Below, one piece after another: positions 22,898 to 34,271 of a stretch of 64,000 nt of DNA. Below the pieces are notes generated by a model that worked only from the letters and a program-made list of their open reading frames with translations, ran no database searches and was not told where the DNA came from. The stretch's first letter is position 1; the number at the start of each line of letters is the position of its first letter. The position numbers and the translations under genes were made by a program. Source of the stretch: an uncultured Helicobacter sp. (lineage in GTDB: Bacteria; Campylobacterota; Campylobacteria; Campylobacterales; UBA6016); NCBI GenBank assembly GCA_964630205.1, contig CAZVTM010000005.1:15745-79744 (forward strand), in the 5' to 3' direction.

Positions 22898-24145
22898 TTA
22901 ATATATCGCTCTATCGTAGATTACGAATTTAGACGCAAGCTCTTTCATTTTAGAGGCTATCTCTTTTTGTTTCGCTTCGTTATTTATATCATCAAAAACA
23001 TCGCATATTGCGTTTGCTATTATTTTGAATTCTTCTTCTTTCATCCCTCTAGCAGTCAAAGCAGGAGAGCCGATTCTGATACCACTTGTAACAAAAGGAC
23101 TTCTAGTTTCTCCTGGAACGGTATTTTTATTTACCGTAATTCCAGCGCGCCCTAGAGCTGCATCGGCGTCTTTACCGGAGAAGTCTTTGTTTAGAAGGCT
23201 TACGAGCACAAGATGCGAATCTGTACCGCCGGATACTATATCGTACCCTCTGTTTACCAAAATTTCCGCCAAAACCTTAATATTAGCCTTGACTTGCTTT
23301 GCATATGTTTTCCATTCAGGTTTTAGATTTTCGCCGAAACCTACCGCTTTTGCCGCCATGATGTGGACAAACGGACCGCCTTGCATTCCCGGGAATACCG
23401 CTTTGTTTATCTTGGTTGCTATCTCTTCGCTATTTGTCATTATCATACCACCTCTTGGACCTCTAAGAGTCTTGTGAGTAGTTGTGGTCACGATATCGGC
23501 ATACGGGAATGGGCTCGGATATTCGCCTGCCGCTATAAGTCCCGCATAATGGGCAATATCTGCAAAAAGCAGTGCGCCCACCGAATCGGCTATCTCTCTA
23601 AATCTTTTAAAATCAAGTTCTCTTGAGTATGCGCTTGCGCCACAAATAATCATCTTTGGTTTTACGATGTTTGCTATATCTTGAACTCTATCGTAGTTGA
23701 TGTATCCGTCGAGCTCTACGCCATATGAAAAGCTTTCATAGTTTTGACCGCTAAAATTTACTTTTGCGCCATGCGTAAGGTGTCCACCGTGAGATAAATC
23801 CATTCCAAGTATCTTGTCATAAGGGTTCAAAAGCGCGGTAAACACGGCTCCGTTTGCCTGTGAACCTGCATGCGGCTGTACGTTTGCATATGCGCAGCCA
23901 AAAAGCTCTTTTGCTCTATCTATCGCTAGTTGCTCTACCTCATCGGCAAATTCGCAACCGCCGTAATATCTTTTGTACGGATACCCTTCGGCATATTTGT
24001 TTGTAAAAATACTGCCGCTTGCCTCCATGACACTTGGGAACGTAAAATTTTCTGAAGCTATCATCTCAAGGTGGTGCGTTTGTCTATCAAGCTCTTTTTG
24101 CAATATGCCATAAACTTGTTTGTCGCTATTTTCCAAAAAACCCAT
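22898..24145 (-). CDS. glyA: Serine hydroxymethyltransferase
   Basis: [38 protein letters not shown]. Confidence 0.98.
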   Translation of the reverse strand: MGFLENSDKQVYGILQKELDRQTHHLEMIASENFTFPSVMEASGSIFTNKYAEGYPYKRYYGGCEFADEVEQLAIDRAKELFGCAYANVQPHAGSQANGAVFTALLNPYDKILGMDLSHGGHLTHGAKVNFSGQNYESFSYGVELDGYINYDRVQDIANIVKPKMIICGASAYSRELDFKRFREIADSVGALLFADIAHYAGLIAAGEYPSPFPYADIVTTTTHKTLRGPRGGMIMTNSEEIATKINKAVFPGMQGGPFVHIMAAKAVGFGENLKPEWKTYAKQVKANIKVLAEILVNRGYDIVSGGTDSHLVLVSLLNKDFSGKDADAALGRAGITVNKNTVPGETRSPFVTSGIRIGSPALTARGMKEEEFKIIANAICDVFDDINNEAKQKEIASKMKELASKFVIYDRAIY

Positions 24146-24159
24146 CTTTTATCCTTTAA

Positions 24160-25641
24160 TTAACTTAATCTTCTCATTGCCGGGAACAAAATAACATCCT
24201 TGATGGACTCTTGCCCGGTTAACAGCATCACCAACCTGTCGATACCGATACCTTGCCCTGCGGTCGGAGGCATCCCGTATTTGAGTGCCTCAACAAAATC
24301 CTCATCCATATCGTTTGCCTCTACGTTGCCGGCGGCCTTGGCCTCTACTTGCTTTTTAAATCTCTCGTATTGATCGATTGGGTCGTTAAGCTCATTAAAG
24401 CCGTTTGCGATTTCGCGTCCGGCAATGAATAGCTCAAATCTGTCGGTAATCTCCGGATTTTCTTCGCTTCTTTTGGCAAGCGGGGAAATCTCCACCGGAA
24501 AGCCCGTCACAAATGTAGGATTGACAAGTTTTTTCTCTACGAAATTATCAAATAGCTCCGCCAAAAGCTCGCCGTAGTTTGATTTTTCTTCAAACTCAAT
24601 CTCCTTTGATTTTAGGTACGCTTTGATGCTATCTCTGTCTTTTGTAGCCTCAGCAGGTACACCGCCGATCTCCGTCAAAGATTTTACATAGTCAACTCTG
24701 CTAAATTTCGCAAAATCAACGTCGTAATCGCCTATAGTTATTTGAGACGGGAGACCCAGACTCTCTATCAAATAGCCGAATAGCTTTTCGGTCAAATCCA
24801 TCAGATATTCGTAGTTTTTGTACGCCCTATAAAACTCAATCATCGTAAATTCAGGGTTATGCGTATGGTCAATACCCTCGTTTCTAAAACTTCTATTGAT
24901 TTCAAATACCGCTTCAAAACCGCCGACTATTAGTCTTTTGAGATAAAGCTCAGGGGCGATTCTGAGGTATCTATCTTCACCAAGTGCGTTGTGGTGAGTA
25001 ATGAACGGTCTAGCGGTAGCGCCGCCGGCTATCGGGTGAAGCATAGGAGTTTCAACCTCCAAAAACCCTTCATTTTCAAAAAAGCGTCTAACAAGACTTA
25101 CAACCTTGCTTCTCGTTTTTAGAGTATCAAGCACGTCTCTATTCATTATCAGGTCGAGATATCTCTGTCTATATCTTGTCTCCATGTCGGTTAGCCCATG
25201 GAATTTCTCTGGAAGTTGGTTGACCGCTTTTGTTAGTATCTCCATCTCACGCACATGCATAGTAAGCTCGCCCGTTTTGGTTACAAACGCATAACCGCTA
25301 ACTTCTATGATGTCACCTACTTCTGCTAGTTTAACCAGCTCTCCAAACCAATCGCCGAGGTCGTTTTTGGAGTAGTATATTTGGAGCACGCCAGATTCGT
25401 CTTCTATCTTCGCAAATGCCGCCTTACCCATAAGTCTAAGAAATTTTATTCTTCCGGCTACGGTGTAAATCTTATCGCTTTTTTTGTTTCCCTCTTCAAG
25501 GTCAAAAATGTATTGGTTATTATTTATAAATTCTGCGGTGCTAATATCTCTTTTTGAGAGCGAAGTGTATGGGTTTTTGCCCATCCTTCTTAGAGCTTCG
25601 GCTTTTTCTATCCTCTGCTGTGTATATATGTTGTCAAACAT
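24160..25641 (-). CDS. lysS: Lysine--tRNA ligase
   Basis: [51 protein letters not shown]. Confidence 0.98.
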   Translation of the reverse strand: MFDNIYTQQRIEKAEALRRMGKNPYTSLSKRDISTAEFINNNQYIFDLEEGNKKSDKIYTVAGRIKFLRLMGKAAFAKIEDESGVLQIYYSKNDLGDWFGELVKLAEVGDIIEVSGYAFVTKTGELTMHVREMEILTKAVNQLPEKFHGLTDMETRYRQRYLDLIMNRDVLDTLKTRSKVVSLVRRFFENEGFLEVETPMLHPIAGGATARPFITHHNALGEDRYLRIAPELYLKRLIVGGFEAVFEINRSFRNEGIDHTHNPEFTMIEFYRAYKNYEYLMDLTEKLFGYLIESLGLPSQITIGDYDVDFAKFSRVDYVKSLTEIGGVPAEATKDRDSIKAYLKSKEIEFEEKSNYGELLAELFDNFVEKKLVNPTFVTGFPVEISPLAKRSEENPEITDRFELFIAGREIANGFNELNDPIDQYERFKKQVEAKAAGNVEANDMDEDFVEALKYGMPPTAGQGIGIDRLVMLLTGQESIKDVILFPAMRRLS

Positions 25642-25645
25642 TTAT

Positions 25646-26113
25646 TTAATTTTTCCCCTTCTCTTTTTGTTGGCACTCTTTACATATGCCGTGGAGTTGC
25701 ATCGCATGGTCTTTGATAAGAAACCCTTTTTTAGCGGCTTCTGCTTCTTGCAGCCTCTCTATCTCATCCGATTCAAATTCTATAATTTTCTCACACTCAT
25801 CACAAATCATGTGGTCGTGATGCTCTTTGACGTTTAGCTCGTATCTTTTGCCGTCCGCCCCAAACGAAATGCTAACTACAAATCCCTCTTGTTCAAAAAA
25901 GTTCAGAGCGCGGTATACCGTGGCTATACCGATGTTTTTGCCGCCCTCTTCTTTTTGCGTAAACGAAAGTATCTCCTCCGGCGTAAAATGCCCTTTATGT
26001 CTAAACATCGCCCGGATGATTACTTCTCTTTGCGTAGTATTTTTGAGGTTTTGTTCTTTTACCCTCTCTCTGAGTTTCGCTATTAGAGCATCGACCGATT
26101 TTTCTTTTGTCAT
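25646..26113 (-). CDS. fur: Ferric uptake regulator
   Basis: TTQRE, IGIATVYR, HHDHMIC, two CxxC motifs; cvpA-fur-lysS synteny. Confidence 0.92.
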   Translation of the reverse strand: MTKEKSVDALIAKLRERVKEQNLKNTTQREVIIRAMFRHKGHFTPEEILSFTQKEEGGKNIGIATVYRALNFFEQEGFVVSISFGADGKRYELNVKEHHDHMICDECEKIIEFESDEIERLQEAEAAKKGFLIKDHAMQLHGICKECQQKEKGKN

Positions 26114-26682
26114 TTTTTTGCACCCAATGTTTGATTTATCTCTTTGGTAGCTTCCTTTACGGCCTCTTCTTTAACTCTGTCAGTGATGGTGGAGGCATTC
26201 AAATCTTCCGGTTTTAGTTTCATGACAAAACTGCCCGTAGCTTTCATCGGCTCAAACATAAAACTGTCTTTCGTAAACCCTTCCAGCTTGCTTTGCAAAA
26301 GCGAAATATTGGAAAGGGCAAAAACGATAACGGAGAGTATCAAAAATATCTTTCCGCCGGCGGCCGCAAATCCTAGTATCTTATCGGCAATACCCATACC
26401 ACTCATATCTACCGCCTTTGAAACAAGCGAAGCGGCAAATGTGATACCAAACCAAATAATCGCAAAAAGGGCAATAAACGCCACAACCGAAGCCGTGGTG
26501 GCACTTTGTAAATTAAACATGGAGGTAAACAAATCGGCCAAAGAAGATGAAAATCTGGATGCCAAAAAAATTCCGCCGACTATCGCGGCCAAACCCGCTA
26601 TTTCTTTGATAAAACCGTGCAGAAAACCTTTTAGCCCGAGCGCAAAAACCAAAAATAAAACAACTATGTCGAGCGTGCTCAT
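26110..26682 (-). CDS. cvpA: CvpA (colicin V production) family membrane protein
   Basis: LDIVVL...KGFLHGFIKE, DKILGF; start at MSTLD. Confidence 0.85.
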   Translation of the reverse strand: MSTLDIVVLFLVFALGLKGFLHGFIKEIAGLAAIVGGIFLASRFSSSLADLFTSMFNLQSATTASVVAFIALFAIIWFGITFAASLVSKAVDMSGMGIADKILGFAAAGGKIFLILSVIVFALSNISLLQSKLEGFTKDSFMFEPMKATGSFVMKLKPEDLNASTITDRVKEEAVKEATKEINQTLGAKK

Positions 26683-26765
26683 GTAAGCCTTGTTCCTGTT
26701 TTGTGAGTGCCGAAATTGTACCGCCTTAATCATAAAAAAAACATTTTTTGTCTACAATAAAAGCC

Positions 26766-27815
26766 ATGTCAAGAGTAACTAAACAAGAAGCATTGGACCT
26801 TTTGCGCAACTCCCCTCTTTTGGAGCTAGGCAAACGAGCGTACGAAGTCAAACAACAACTGCACAAAGACAAAATAACAACTTTTATCGTCGATAGAAAT
26901 ATAAATTACACAAATATCTGCAACGCAGGGTGTAAATTTTGCGCATTCAAGCGTGGTGTCAACGACGAGGACGGCTATGTGCTAGACCTTGAGGTAATAT
27001 CGCAAAAGATAGAGGAGCTGATAGCCATAGGCGGTACTCAAATACTCTTTCAAGGCGGCGTACACCCGAAACTCAAGATAGATTATTATGAAGAGCTAAC
27101 CGAGTATATTCATACGAAGTTCCCGCAGATTACGATACACGGATTTTCGGCGGCGGAGATAGCATATATCGCAAAAGTCTCTGAGATTAGCGAAAAAGAT
27201 GTGCTTCTGCGGCTTCAAGAAAAAGGGCTATCTTCAATCCCAGGCGCCGGAGCCGAGATACTAGTCGATAGAGTGCGAAATATCATCTCCCCAAACAAGC
27301 AAAACACCGAAGGGTGGCTGGGCATCCACAAGGCAGCTCACGAGATAGGGATGAGGACGACGGCTACGATGATGTTTGGCTCTGTCGAAACGGACGAGGA
27401 GATAGTAGAGCATCTAGATAGGTTAAGGCAGCTTCAAGATGAAACGGGTGGCTTTCGGGCGTTTATCCTCTGGTCTTTTCAGCCGGACAACACTCCGCTT
27501 TTCAAAGAGTATCCGAATATCACGAAGGCGACTTCAAATAGATATTTACGGATTTTGGCACTCTCTAGACTATATCTGGACAACTTCAAAAACCTGCAAA
27601 GCTCATGGGTGACGCAGGGTTCACATATCGGGCAGACGGCTCTGTTTTTTGGGGCAAACGACATGGGGAGCACTATGATGGAAGAGAACGTCGTAGCGGC
27701 AGCGGGAGCGGCAAACCGCATGGCAGAGGATGAGATAGTCCGTCTTATCAAAGATGCGGGAGAGATACCGGCAAAGCGCAACACGGCGTATGAAATTCTA
27801 AAAGTTTACGAATGA
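26766..27815 (+). CDS. mqnC: Cyclic dehypoxanthinyl futalosine synthase (radical SAM)
   Basis: NINYTNICNAGCKFCAF (CxxxCxxC), SIPGAGAEIL, SSWVTQG, GANDMGSTMMEENVV. Confidence 0.92.
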   Translation: MSRVTKQEALDLLRNSPLLELGKRAYEVKQQLHKDKITTFIVDRNINYTNICNAGCKFCAFKRGVNDEDGYVLDLEVISQKIEELIAIGGTQILFQGGVHPKLKIDYYEELTEYIHTKFPQITIHGFSAAEIAYIAKVSEISEKDVLLRLQEKGLSSIPGAGAEILVDRVRNIISPNKQNTEGWLGIHKAAHEIGMRTTATMMFGSVETDEEIVEHLDRLRQLQDETGGFRAFILWSFQPDNTPLFKEYPNITKATSNRYLRILALSRLYLDNFKNLQSSWVTQGSHIGQTALFFGANDMGSTMMEENVVAAAGAANRMAEDEIVRLIKDAGEIPAKRNTAYEILKVYE

Positions 27816-29095
27816 AAAAAATCCTATTTTTAATATTTACTCAAGGTTTATTAATGGCTAACACACTTTTGCATTTAGACATAGGCGGGGTAAAAGTGCC
27901 CGTTATATTTGAAGAGGACAGGTCGCTTCCGACACTTAGTCTAAAGGTCGTATTTTTGGATGCGGGCTCGATAAAAGACGGTGACAAAAGCGGTATATCC
28001 AAGCTCTCTTTTCGCCTTTTAAATGAGGGGACAAAAAAACTAGGCTCTACTAAATTTGCGACGCTTCTTGACGAAAAAGCTATCAAGCTCTCGGCGTATA
28101 GCGGTTTTGAGACGGCCGGTATAGAATTTTCATGCCTAAAAGAATATGCGGATGAGGCGGTACGACTGACAAAAGATTTGTTAAAAGACCCAAACTATTC
28201 CGAAGAAGCGCTCTCAAAAATCAAACTAATTACAGCCTCTCAAATAGCCAAAAGAGAGGATGACTTCGACCATGTGGCGGATGCGGCTCTAAAAAAAGAG
28301 ATATTCAAATCGACCCCACTAGAAAACGACCCTCTGGGCACAAAAGAGAGTGTAGCCGGCATATCTCTGTCGGACGTAAAAGCATTCATTTCAAGCAATA
28401 TCACACTGGCAAATAGCGTTGTAGTTATAGGCGGAGATATAGACAAAAACGAAGCATTCACGTATGCAAAAGTGATACTAGACGGGCTCGCCAAAGGGGC
28501 AAAGAACCAAAAAGACGAATACTTTGATGCAAAAAGTTCAGCCAAAGAGATAAAAATCAAGAAAAAAACAGAGCAAGCATACATATATTTCGGCGCACCC
28601 GCAAATATCAAAGCCGCCGACAAAGACGCATACAAGGCAAGGCTTGCGGGCTTTATTCTAGGCTCAAGCGGTTTCGGAAGTCGCCTTATGGAGATAATCA
28701 GGGTAAAAAACGGGCTTGCGTACTCTGCGTACGGCAGGTTCAATCTATCAAAAACGCACTCGTATTTTAGTGGATACCTGCAAACAAAGCCGCAAAACGA
28801 AGAAAAGGCAAAAGAACTTGTCAAAAAAATTATAGAGGAATTTGTAAAGGATGGGGCTACCCAAAAAGAGCTTGACGGAGCAAAAAACTTCATACTAGGA
28901 AGCGAACCGCTCAGAGCCGAAACATTGTCACAAAGGCTCTCAAGAAGCTTTAATGAGTTTTATTTGGGGCAGAAACTAGGATATCACAAAGAAGAGCTGG
29001 AGCTAATCAAAAATACCACCCTAAAAGAGCTAAACGATTTTATCAAATCGCATCCGGAGATCACAAACTTAACAGTATCCGTAGTTACAAAATAG
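27812..29095 (+). CDS. M16 (pitrilysin) family peptidase-like subunit, no HxxEH seen
   Basis: LLNEGT, GSSGFGSRLMEIIRVKNGLAYS; mqnC-M16-recG synteny. Confidence 0.85.
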   Translation: MKKILFLIFTQGLLMANTLLHLDIGGVKVPVIFEEDRSLPTLSLKVVFLDAGSIKDGDKSGISKLSFRLLNEGTKKLGSTKFATLLDEKAIKLSAYSGFETAGIEFSCLKEYADEAVRLTKDLLKDPNYSEEALSKIKLITASQIAKREDDFDHVADAALKKEIFKSTPLENDPLGTKESVAGISLSDVKAFISSNITLANSVVVIGGDIDKNEAFTYAKVILDGLAKGAKNQKDEYFDAKSSAKEIKIKKKTEQAYIYFGAPANIKAADKDAYKARLAGFILGSSGFGSRLMEIIRVKNGLAYSAYGRFNLSKTHSYFSGYLQTKPQNEEKAKELVKKIIEEFVKDGATQKELDGAKNFILGSEPLRAETLSQRLSRSFNEFYLGQKLGYHKEELELIKNTTLKELNDFIKSHPEITNLTVSVVTK

Positions 29096-30922
29096 ATGTT
29101 TTTTGAGCGTGCGGACGAGGAGAAGATAAAAAAACTAGGCATCCTATCTCTCCTCGACCTTGCCCTGCATATACCCCAAAAATACGAGGATTTCACCCTT
29201 GGCAAACCTCTAGCTGATAACGAATTTTGCGCGATAGAGTGTGAGGTGATAGGCAAACAATGGACGCCGAAAACCCTGCAATTTGACCTGACCCTCCCAT
29301 CATACGGCGGGAAACACCTAAAAGCGGTCTTTTTCTCCCCAAAAAGATATCAGCAAAACATTTTTTCAGTAGGTGAAAAGCTTTATCTTTACGGCAAAGT
29401 ATCACTCTTCCCACTTCCGTCAATCATCCACCCAAAAAAAATAACCGCGATAGGTGAAATAAACAAAATCTATACGGCGGGGGCGCAAAACAAAACCTAC
29501 AAACTTCTGGCCGAAAAATACATCACAAAAGAGGCTTTGACGGATGAGGGGTTAGACGTCAAAACCGCAGAGGATATACTCTCCCTGCACTTTCCAAAAA
29601 ATATATCACAGCTTTACGAAAACGGCTCTTTAAAGCCCCAGGTATTGGATAGCCTCAAAAAAGCGGAGATATTCGCCTATCTAAAACTCCTCGCCACAAA
29701 AAAAACAGAGCTTCCAGCAGAGGCTATCAAGCCCGCAAATGAAAACGAGTTTTTAAAGCAACTCCCCTTCGCCCCGACAAACGACCAAATAGCGGCTATA
29801 AAAGCTTGTAAAGAGGACATCCAAAAAAACATACAGGCAAAAAGGGTGATAGTAGGCGATGTGGGTTGCGGCAAAACTACAGTCATACTAGCTCTAGCCT
29901 TTATGAACAAGGGCGGCAAGACGGTGGTACTAGCGCCTACCTCGATACTCGCAAACCAGATATACGAAGAGGCGGTAAAGTATCTGCCTATGCGAAGCAT
30001 ACTGGTCACCGGGGCAAGTCGTGCAAAAGACACTGAGATAGCGGCGGCAGATTTTATCGTCGGGACGCACGCACTTCTTTATAAAAAACTCCCAAAATGC
30101 GAAATCCTAGTGGTGGACGAACAGCATAGATTTGGGACAAACCAAAGACACCTCATATCAAAGCTAGTCAGCGACGGGGCATTGCGGCCGCACTACTTCC
30201 AGTTTTCCGCCACGCCGATACCGAGAACTCAAGCTCTCATAGAGGCGACCATAGCCGACATCACAATGATAAAAGAGATGCCGATACAAAAAGATATTCA
30301 GACTCACATCATCTCAAAAGAGGGGTTCAAAGAGCTTTTTGCGCATATCAAATCAGAGGTAGAAAGGGGTTTTCAGGCGGCGGTCATCTATCCGCTAGTC
30401 GAAAAGAGCGACACCGCCTCATATATGTCTCTTGAGGAGGCGGAGGATTTTTGGCGCAAGCACTTTAAGAAGGTATTTGTCACGCACGGCAAAGACGGTG
30501 CAAAAGAAGATGTGTTCCGTGAGTTCAAAGAGGGTGGTGAACTCATCATCTCAACCACGGTAATGGAGGTCGGTATCAGCCTCCCAAAGCTCTCTACAAT
30601 AGTCATCGTAGGCGCTGAAAAACTAGGACTTGCGAGCCTACATCAGCTAAGAGGCAGAGTCGCCAGAAACACACCGAAAGGATGGTGCTATCTATATACA
30701 AAAGACGCCGCCAATGAAAGGCTAAAAAAATTTGCCGCTACAAAAAGCGGTTTTGACATTGCGGAGCTGGATCTACAATACAGAGATTCCGGCGACCTAC
30801 TTACAGGGAGGGAGCAAAGCGGGCGACAGTTTCGGTGGTTTAATATCAAAACGGACGAAAAAATAGCGAGAGAGGCTAGAGGGCTTTTGTCGGATTTTTT
30901 AATGCGCGGGGCTGTAAAATAA
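29096..30922 (+). CDS. recG: ATP-dependent DNA helicase RecG
   Basis: GDVGCGKT, APTSILANQ, VDEQHRFG, SATPIPRT, LHQLRGRVAR. Confidence 0.95.
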   Translation: MFFERADEEKIKKLGILSLLDLALHIPQKYEDFTLGKPLADNEFCAIECEVIGKQWTPKTLQFDLTLPSYGGKHLKAVFFSPKRYQQNIFSVGEKLYLYGKVSLFPLPSIIHPKKITAIGEINKIYTAGAQNKTYKLLAEKYITKEALTDEGLDVKTAEDILSLHFPKNISQLYENGSLKPQVLDSLKKAEIFAYLKLLATKKTELPAEAIKPANENEFLKQLPFAPTNDQIAAIKACKEDIQKNIQAKRVIVGDVGCGKTTVILALAFMNKGGKTVVLAPTSILANQIYEEAVKYLPMRSILVTGASRAKDTEIAAADFIVGTHALLYKKLPKCEILVVDEQHRFGTNQRHLISKLVSDGALRPHYFQFSATPIPRTQALIEATIADITMIKEMPIQKDIQTHIISKEGFKELFAHIKSEVERGFQAAVIYPLVEKSDTASYMSLEEAEDFWRKHFKKVFVTHGKDGAKEDVFREFKEGGELIISTTVMEVGISLPKLSTIVIVGAEKLGLASLHQLRGRVARNTPKGWCYLYTKDAANERLKKFAATKSGFDIAELDLQYRDSGDLLTGREQSGRQFRWFNIKTDEKIAREARGLLSDFLMRGAVK

Positions 30923-30925
30923 GGT

Positions 30926-33283
30926 ATGCTTAAAAAACTGACCTTACTTGCGCTTTTGACGCCCTTATTGTTTGCCGTAGACATCGAGGTCAAGCTCGGT
31001 AAAAGTAAAAACGATAAATACTCTGTTTTAAACTTAGAAAGTGCAGAGCCTTTTGTATGCTTCAAAAACGAAGCCGACGAAGCGCCGAAAAATAGCTACA
31101 TATGTGAGTTTTCCACCCCACCCAAAGTAGCATTCAAAGGATTTGAAAGCGAATTTTTTAACGTCAAGCCTTATGTGGACGGTAAATACAAGCTCGCCAT
31201 AACCTCTAAAACAAAATCAGAAATATTTTCACAAAACTTTGACCCAAAAGGGCAATACGAAAAAAAAGCTGGACTTGAAAAAAGGGCGAAAAAGTTTGTC
31301 ATAGTAGCCTATGAAAAAGAACTTAAATTCGTAACGCCAAAGAGAAATCCTGGGCTTAATTTTCCCGTATCTGTCGGAGGTGACCCGTATGTGTACGTCA
31401 AAACTCTAGATATCGACGGATTGCCGATAAATGATACGAACTCACTGCAAGATATAGCCGAATTCAATGCGGTCAAAAAAATGTATGAAAAAGGCGATTA
31501 CAAAAGCGCTCAAACATTTGCCGAAAAAGCCCAAAAAAGCTACCCGAAATCTATATTTTTCTCTGAGTATGAGTTAATCCGCATAAAATCGTTAGTAGCA
31601 ATGGGCGGAGCCACCAATAATACCGCTGCGATAGAGCTAGGCAGAAACTGGCTCAAAAACTTTCCGGCAGATGAAAAAGCGCCTGAAGTATTACTAGCCA
31701 TAATGAATGCATATGCACATAACCAAGATTTCAAAAATGCGGACTACTATTTCGAGAGGATATCAAACGACTATTCTTTTAGCGAGTTATCAAAGCAGGC
31801 CATGATAGATTACGGCGATTCCCTTAGGTTTTCAAATGGTAAAAGAGCTATTGATTTATACAAAAGAGCTCTTTTTGAAACCAAAAATATAGAAACGGCC
31901 TCGTTAGCTGCGTTTAAAGCTGCCGACACCTATCTCTCTATGGGCGACACCGATAATGCAAAAGAATACTACGGCAAAATCCTCAAAGGCAATATGGGTT
32001 TTATAACAAAAGACCCGGAAAAAGCTTACGCATTTGCCAAAAAGCTAGCCGGAGCGTTTATATTTAGTCAGGCGATAGAGGTAGGGGAAACCACATTGCC
32101 AAAGCTAAACAAAAAAAGCGAAAGCTATGAAGCACTCCTTGGCGATTTGGGCGATTGGGCGGCCGCACTCGGCGACAGCGAAAAAGCAAAAGCCAATTAT
32201 AAACGATATCTATCCGAATACCCAAAAGGGAGATTTTCCCATTTAATCGAAGCAAAACTTGACAAACTCAATTTCGGCACAAAACAGGATATGGGAACGG
32301 AAGACCTACTAAAAATAGCCTCCAAATATCCAAAAGAGCAAGTTGGGCAAAAAGCTCTCGTAAAAGCCATGAAATCGTTAATTGCGGCCAAAAGATACGC
32401 CGATGTGCTAGATATGGAGCCAAAAACGGCCGGTCTACCTAAAGACTTGGCAAGCGAAGCAAGCGGGTACGTAATAAAGAGCGAGAAAGAGCTATTTGCG
32501 GCAAAACTATCTTCAAACGAGTGCAAAGATGCCTTATTGCTACTATCCAAAAAGAGGATAACTCCTTTGTCTAGCGAAGAGCCAAAACTGTTTGACTGTT
32601 ATATGGCTGTAGGCGAGATGCAAAAAGCATATGAACTGGCGAAAAAAAATCTAGTAGTAAAAGATTTGTCCGCCAAACTCCCTTGGCTATACAAGTTTGA
32701 ACAATCTGCACTAAGAAGCGGCAAAACAAGAGACGCATACGGTGCATCCAAAGACATCATAGCGCTCTCCAAAATATACAAAACGGATGCGTATAGCCCT
32801 GTGGCTTTTGATGCGGCGGCGCTAGCCCTAGAATTTAAAGACCCGAATCTAATGGCTGACGCAATAGCCACCATAGAAGCAAAACACCCAAGAGATCCAA
32901 AAAGCATTACAGCATACAAAAACGCCGTCAGATACGCAATCAGCAGAAATGATATGCTTGCTAATCTCAAATATTCCGAAAAGCTATACAACCTCCAAAA
33001 CCAGATTAAAGTTTTTGTGGAGAGCCCTTGGATAGAGTTTAACTATGCGGCGGCGCTCTCAAAAGGCGGCAACCACAAAAAAGCGGCGTCCGTACTGCAA
33101 AGCGCTTTGACGCATAAAATATCCGATAACGACAGAGCTAGAGCGTTGTTTGAGATATCATCCAATCACACAGCTTCAGGCGACAAAGCCGGAGCCAAAA
33201 AAGCGGTCGAAGAGTGCGTAAAAATCAAGACAGACTCCTCTTGGAGAAGGCTCTGCAAAGACTCACTTGATATCCTAAAATAG
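30926..33283 (+). CDS. pflA: Large periplasmic TPR protein, probable paralysed flagellum protein PflA
   Basis: Signal peptide, beta-rich N-terminus, long TPR array, 785 aa. Assignment from recalled size and architecture. Confidence 0.6.
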   Translation: MLKKLTLLALLTPLLFAVDIEVKLGKSKNDKYSVLNLESAEPFVCFKNEADEAPKNSYICEFSTPPKVAFKGFESEFFNVKPYVDGKYKLAITSKTKSEIFSQNFDPKGQYEKKAGLEKRAKKFVIVAYEKELKFVTPKRNPGLNFPVSVGGDPYVYVKTLDIDGLPINDTNSLQDIAEFNAVKKMYEKGDYKSAQTFAEKAQKSYPKSIFFSEYELIRIKSLVAMGGATNNTAAIELGRNWLKNFPADEKAPEVLLAIMNAYAHNQDFKNADYYFERISNDYSFSELSKQAMIDYGDSLRFSNGKRAIDLYKRALFETKNIETASLAAFKAADTYLSMGDTDNAKEYYGKILKGNMGFITKDPEKAYAFAKKLAGAFIFSQAIEVGETTLPKLNKKSESYEALLGDLGDWAAALGDSEKAKANYKRYLSEYPKGRFSHLIEAKLDKLNFGTKQDMGTEDLLKIASKYPKEQVGQKALVKAMKSLIAAKRYADVLDMEPKTAGLPKDLASEASGYVIKSEKELFAAKLSSNECKDALLLLSKKRITPLSSEEPKLFDCYMAVGEMQKAYELAKKNLVVKDLSAKLPWLYKFEQSALRSGKTRDAYGASKDIIALSKIYKTDAYSPVAFDAAALALEFKDPNLMADAIATIEAKHPRDPKSITAYKNAVRYAISRNDMLANLKYSEKLYNLQNQIKVFVESPWIEFNYAAALSKGGNHKKAASVLQSALTHKISDNDRARALFEISSNHTASGDKAGAKKAVEECVKIKTDSSWRRLCKDSLDILK

Positions 33284-34168
33284 TTTTTGCAGCTCACCAT
33301 ATACATCGTCTTTTACCCCGCGGAATGTTGCGGATAGCTGTGTTTTATTGAATGTCGATTGTCTTTTTGCAAGTTGCGAGGTGTGGATATTTATCAGCTC
33401 TTCGCATCCCTGCCTGCTTATGTTGCCGTCAATATAGGCGAGTGTCTCTTTGAGGCCTATCGAGCCTATCGGTTTCGTATCTCTACCGTATCTAGAAGCT
33501 AGATATTCGGCCTCTTCTACTATCCCGAGCTCAAACATCTTTGCAGTCCTAAGCGCTATTCTCTCTCTCAAAATATCCCTGTCGACGATTATTTCATATA
33601 CCTTTAGCCCATCGGCTACAGCTTTTTTCGGCAATGATGCAAACAGCTCGCTAGGCGGTCTTTTGAACTCGAAAAACATCTCAAGACCCCTACCTATCCG
33701 ATATCTGTCAGAATTTTTTATGTTGGCAGCATAGCCCTGATCTATCGATGCAAGATATTTATAAGCCTCTATTGTGTTTCTAGATACCGCTTCGTTGGCT
33801 TTTTGTCTGGATACATCGGAGATTGGAGGCATGTCCGTTAGGCCGTCCATCATTGCTTTGAGATAAAAAGAGCTCCCCCCGACTATAACCAAATTTTTGC
33901 CATGCTTTAATGCTTCGGCCTTGGCTTTTTCGTACTCATCCATAAACATAGCGGCATTAAATGCTTCATCCGGATATATCACGTCAATTCCAAAATGCCG
34001 CACACACAATAATTCATTTTTTGAAGGTTTTGCACTGGCTATATCGACCTCTTTGTAAACCGAGAGCGAGTCCAAAGAGAGTATGTATGCGCCGTACTTT
34101 TGGGCTATATTAATCGCCACTTCGCTTTTGCCTGAAGCCGTTGGCCCTATTATCGCTACTTCTATCAT
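33275..34168 (-). CDS. miaA: tRNA dimethylallyltransferase
   Basis: IIGPTASGKS, LDSLSVYKEVDIASAKP, VGGSSFY, QLAKRQ. Confidence 0.96.
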   Translation of the reverse strand: MIEVAIIGPTASGKSEVAINIAQKYGAYILSLDSLSVYKEVDIASAKPSKNELLCVRHFGIDVIYPDEAFNAAMFMDEYEKAKAEALKHGKNLVIVGGSSFYLKAMMDGLTDMPPISDVSRQKANEAVSRNTIEAYKYLASIDQGYAANIKNSDRYRIGRGLEMFFEFKRPPSELFASLPKKAVADGLKVYEIIVDRDILRERIALRTAKMFELGIVEEAEYLASRYGRDTKPIGSIGLKETLAYIDGNISRQGCEELINIHTSQLAKRQSTFNKTQLSATFRGVKDDVYGELQKLF

Positions 34169-34271
34169 TTTGAAATCTTATCAAAAAGCCCTTTTTGGTT
34201 AAAATTGAAACCAAAAAACAAATCCAAAAGGGCCGACCATTTTTACCAAGTTAAAACACTTCTCGGAACTA

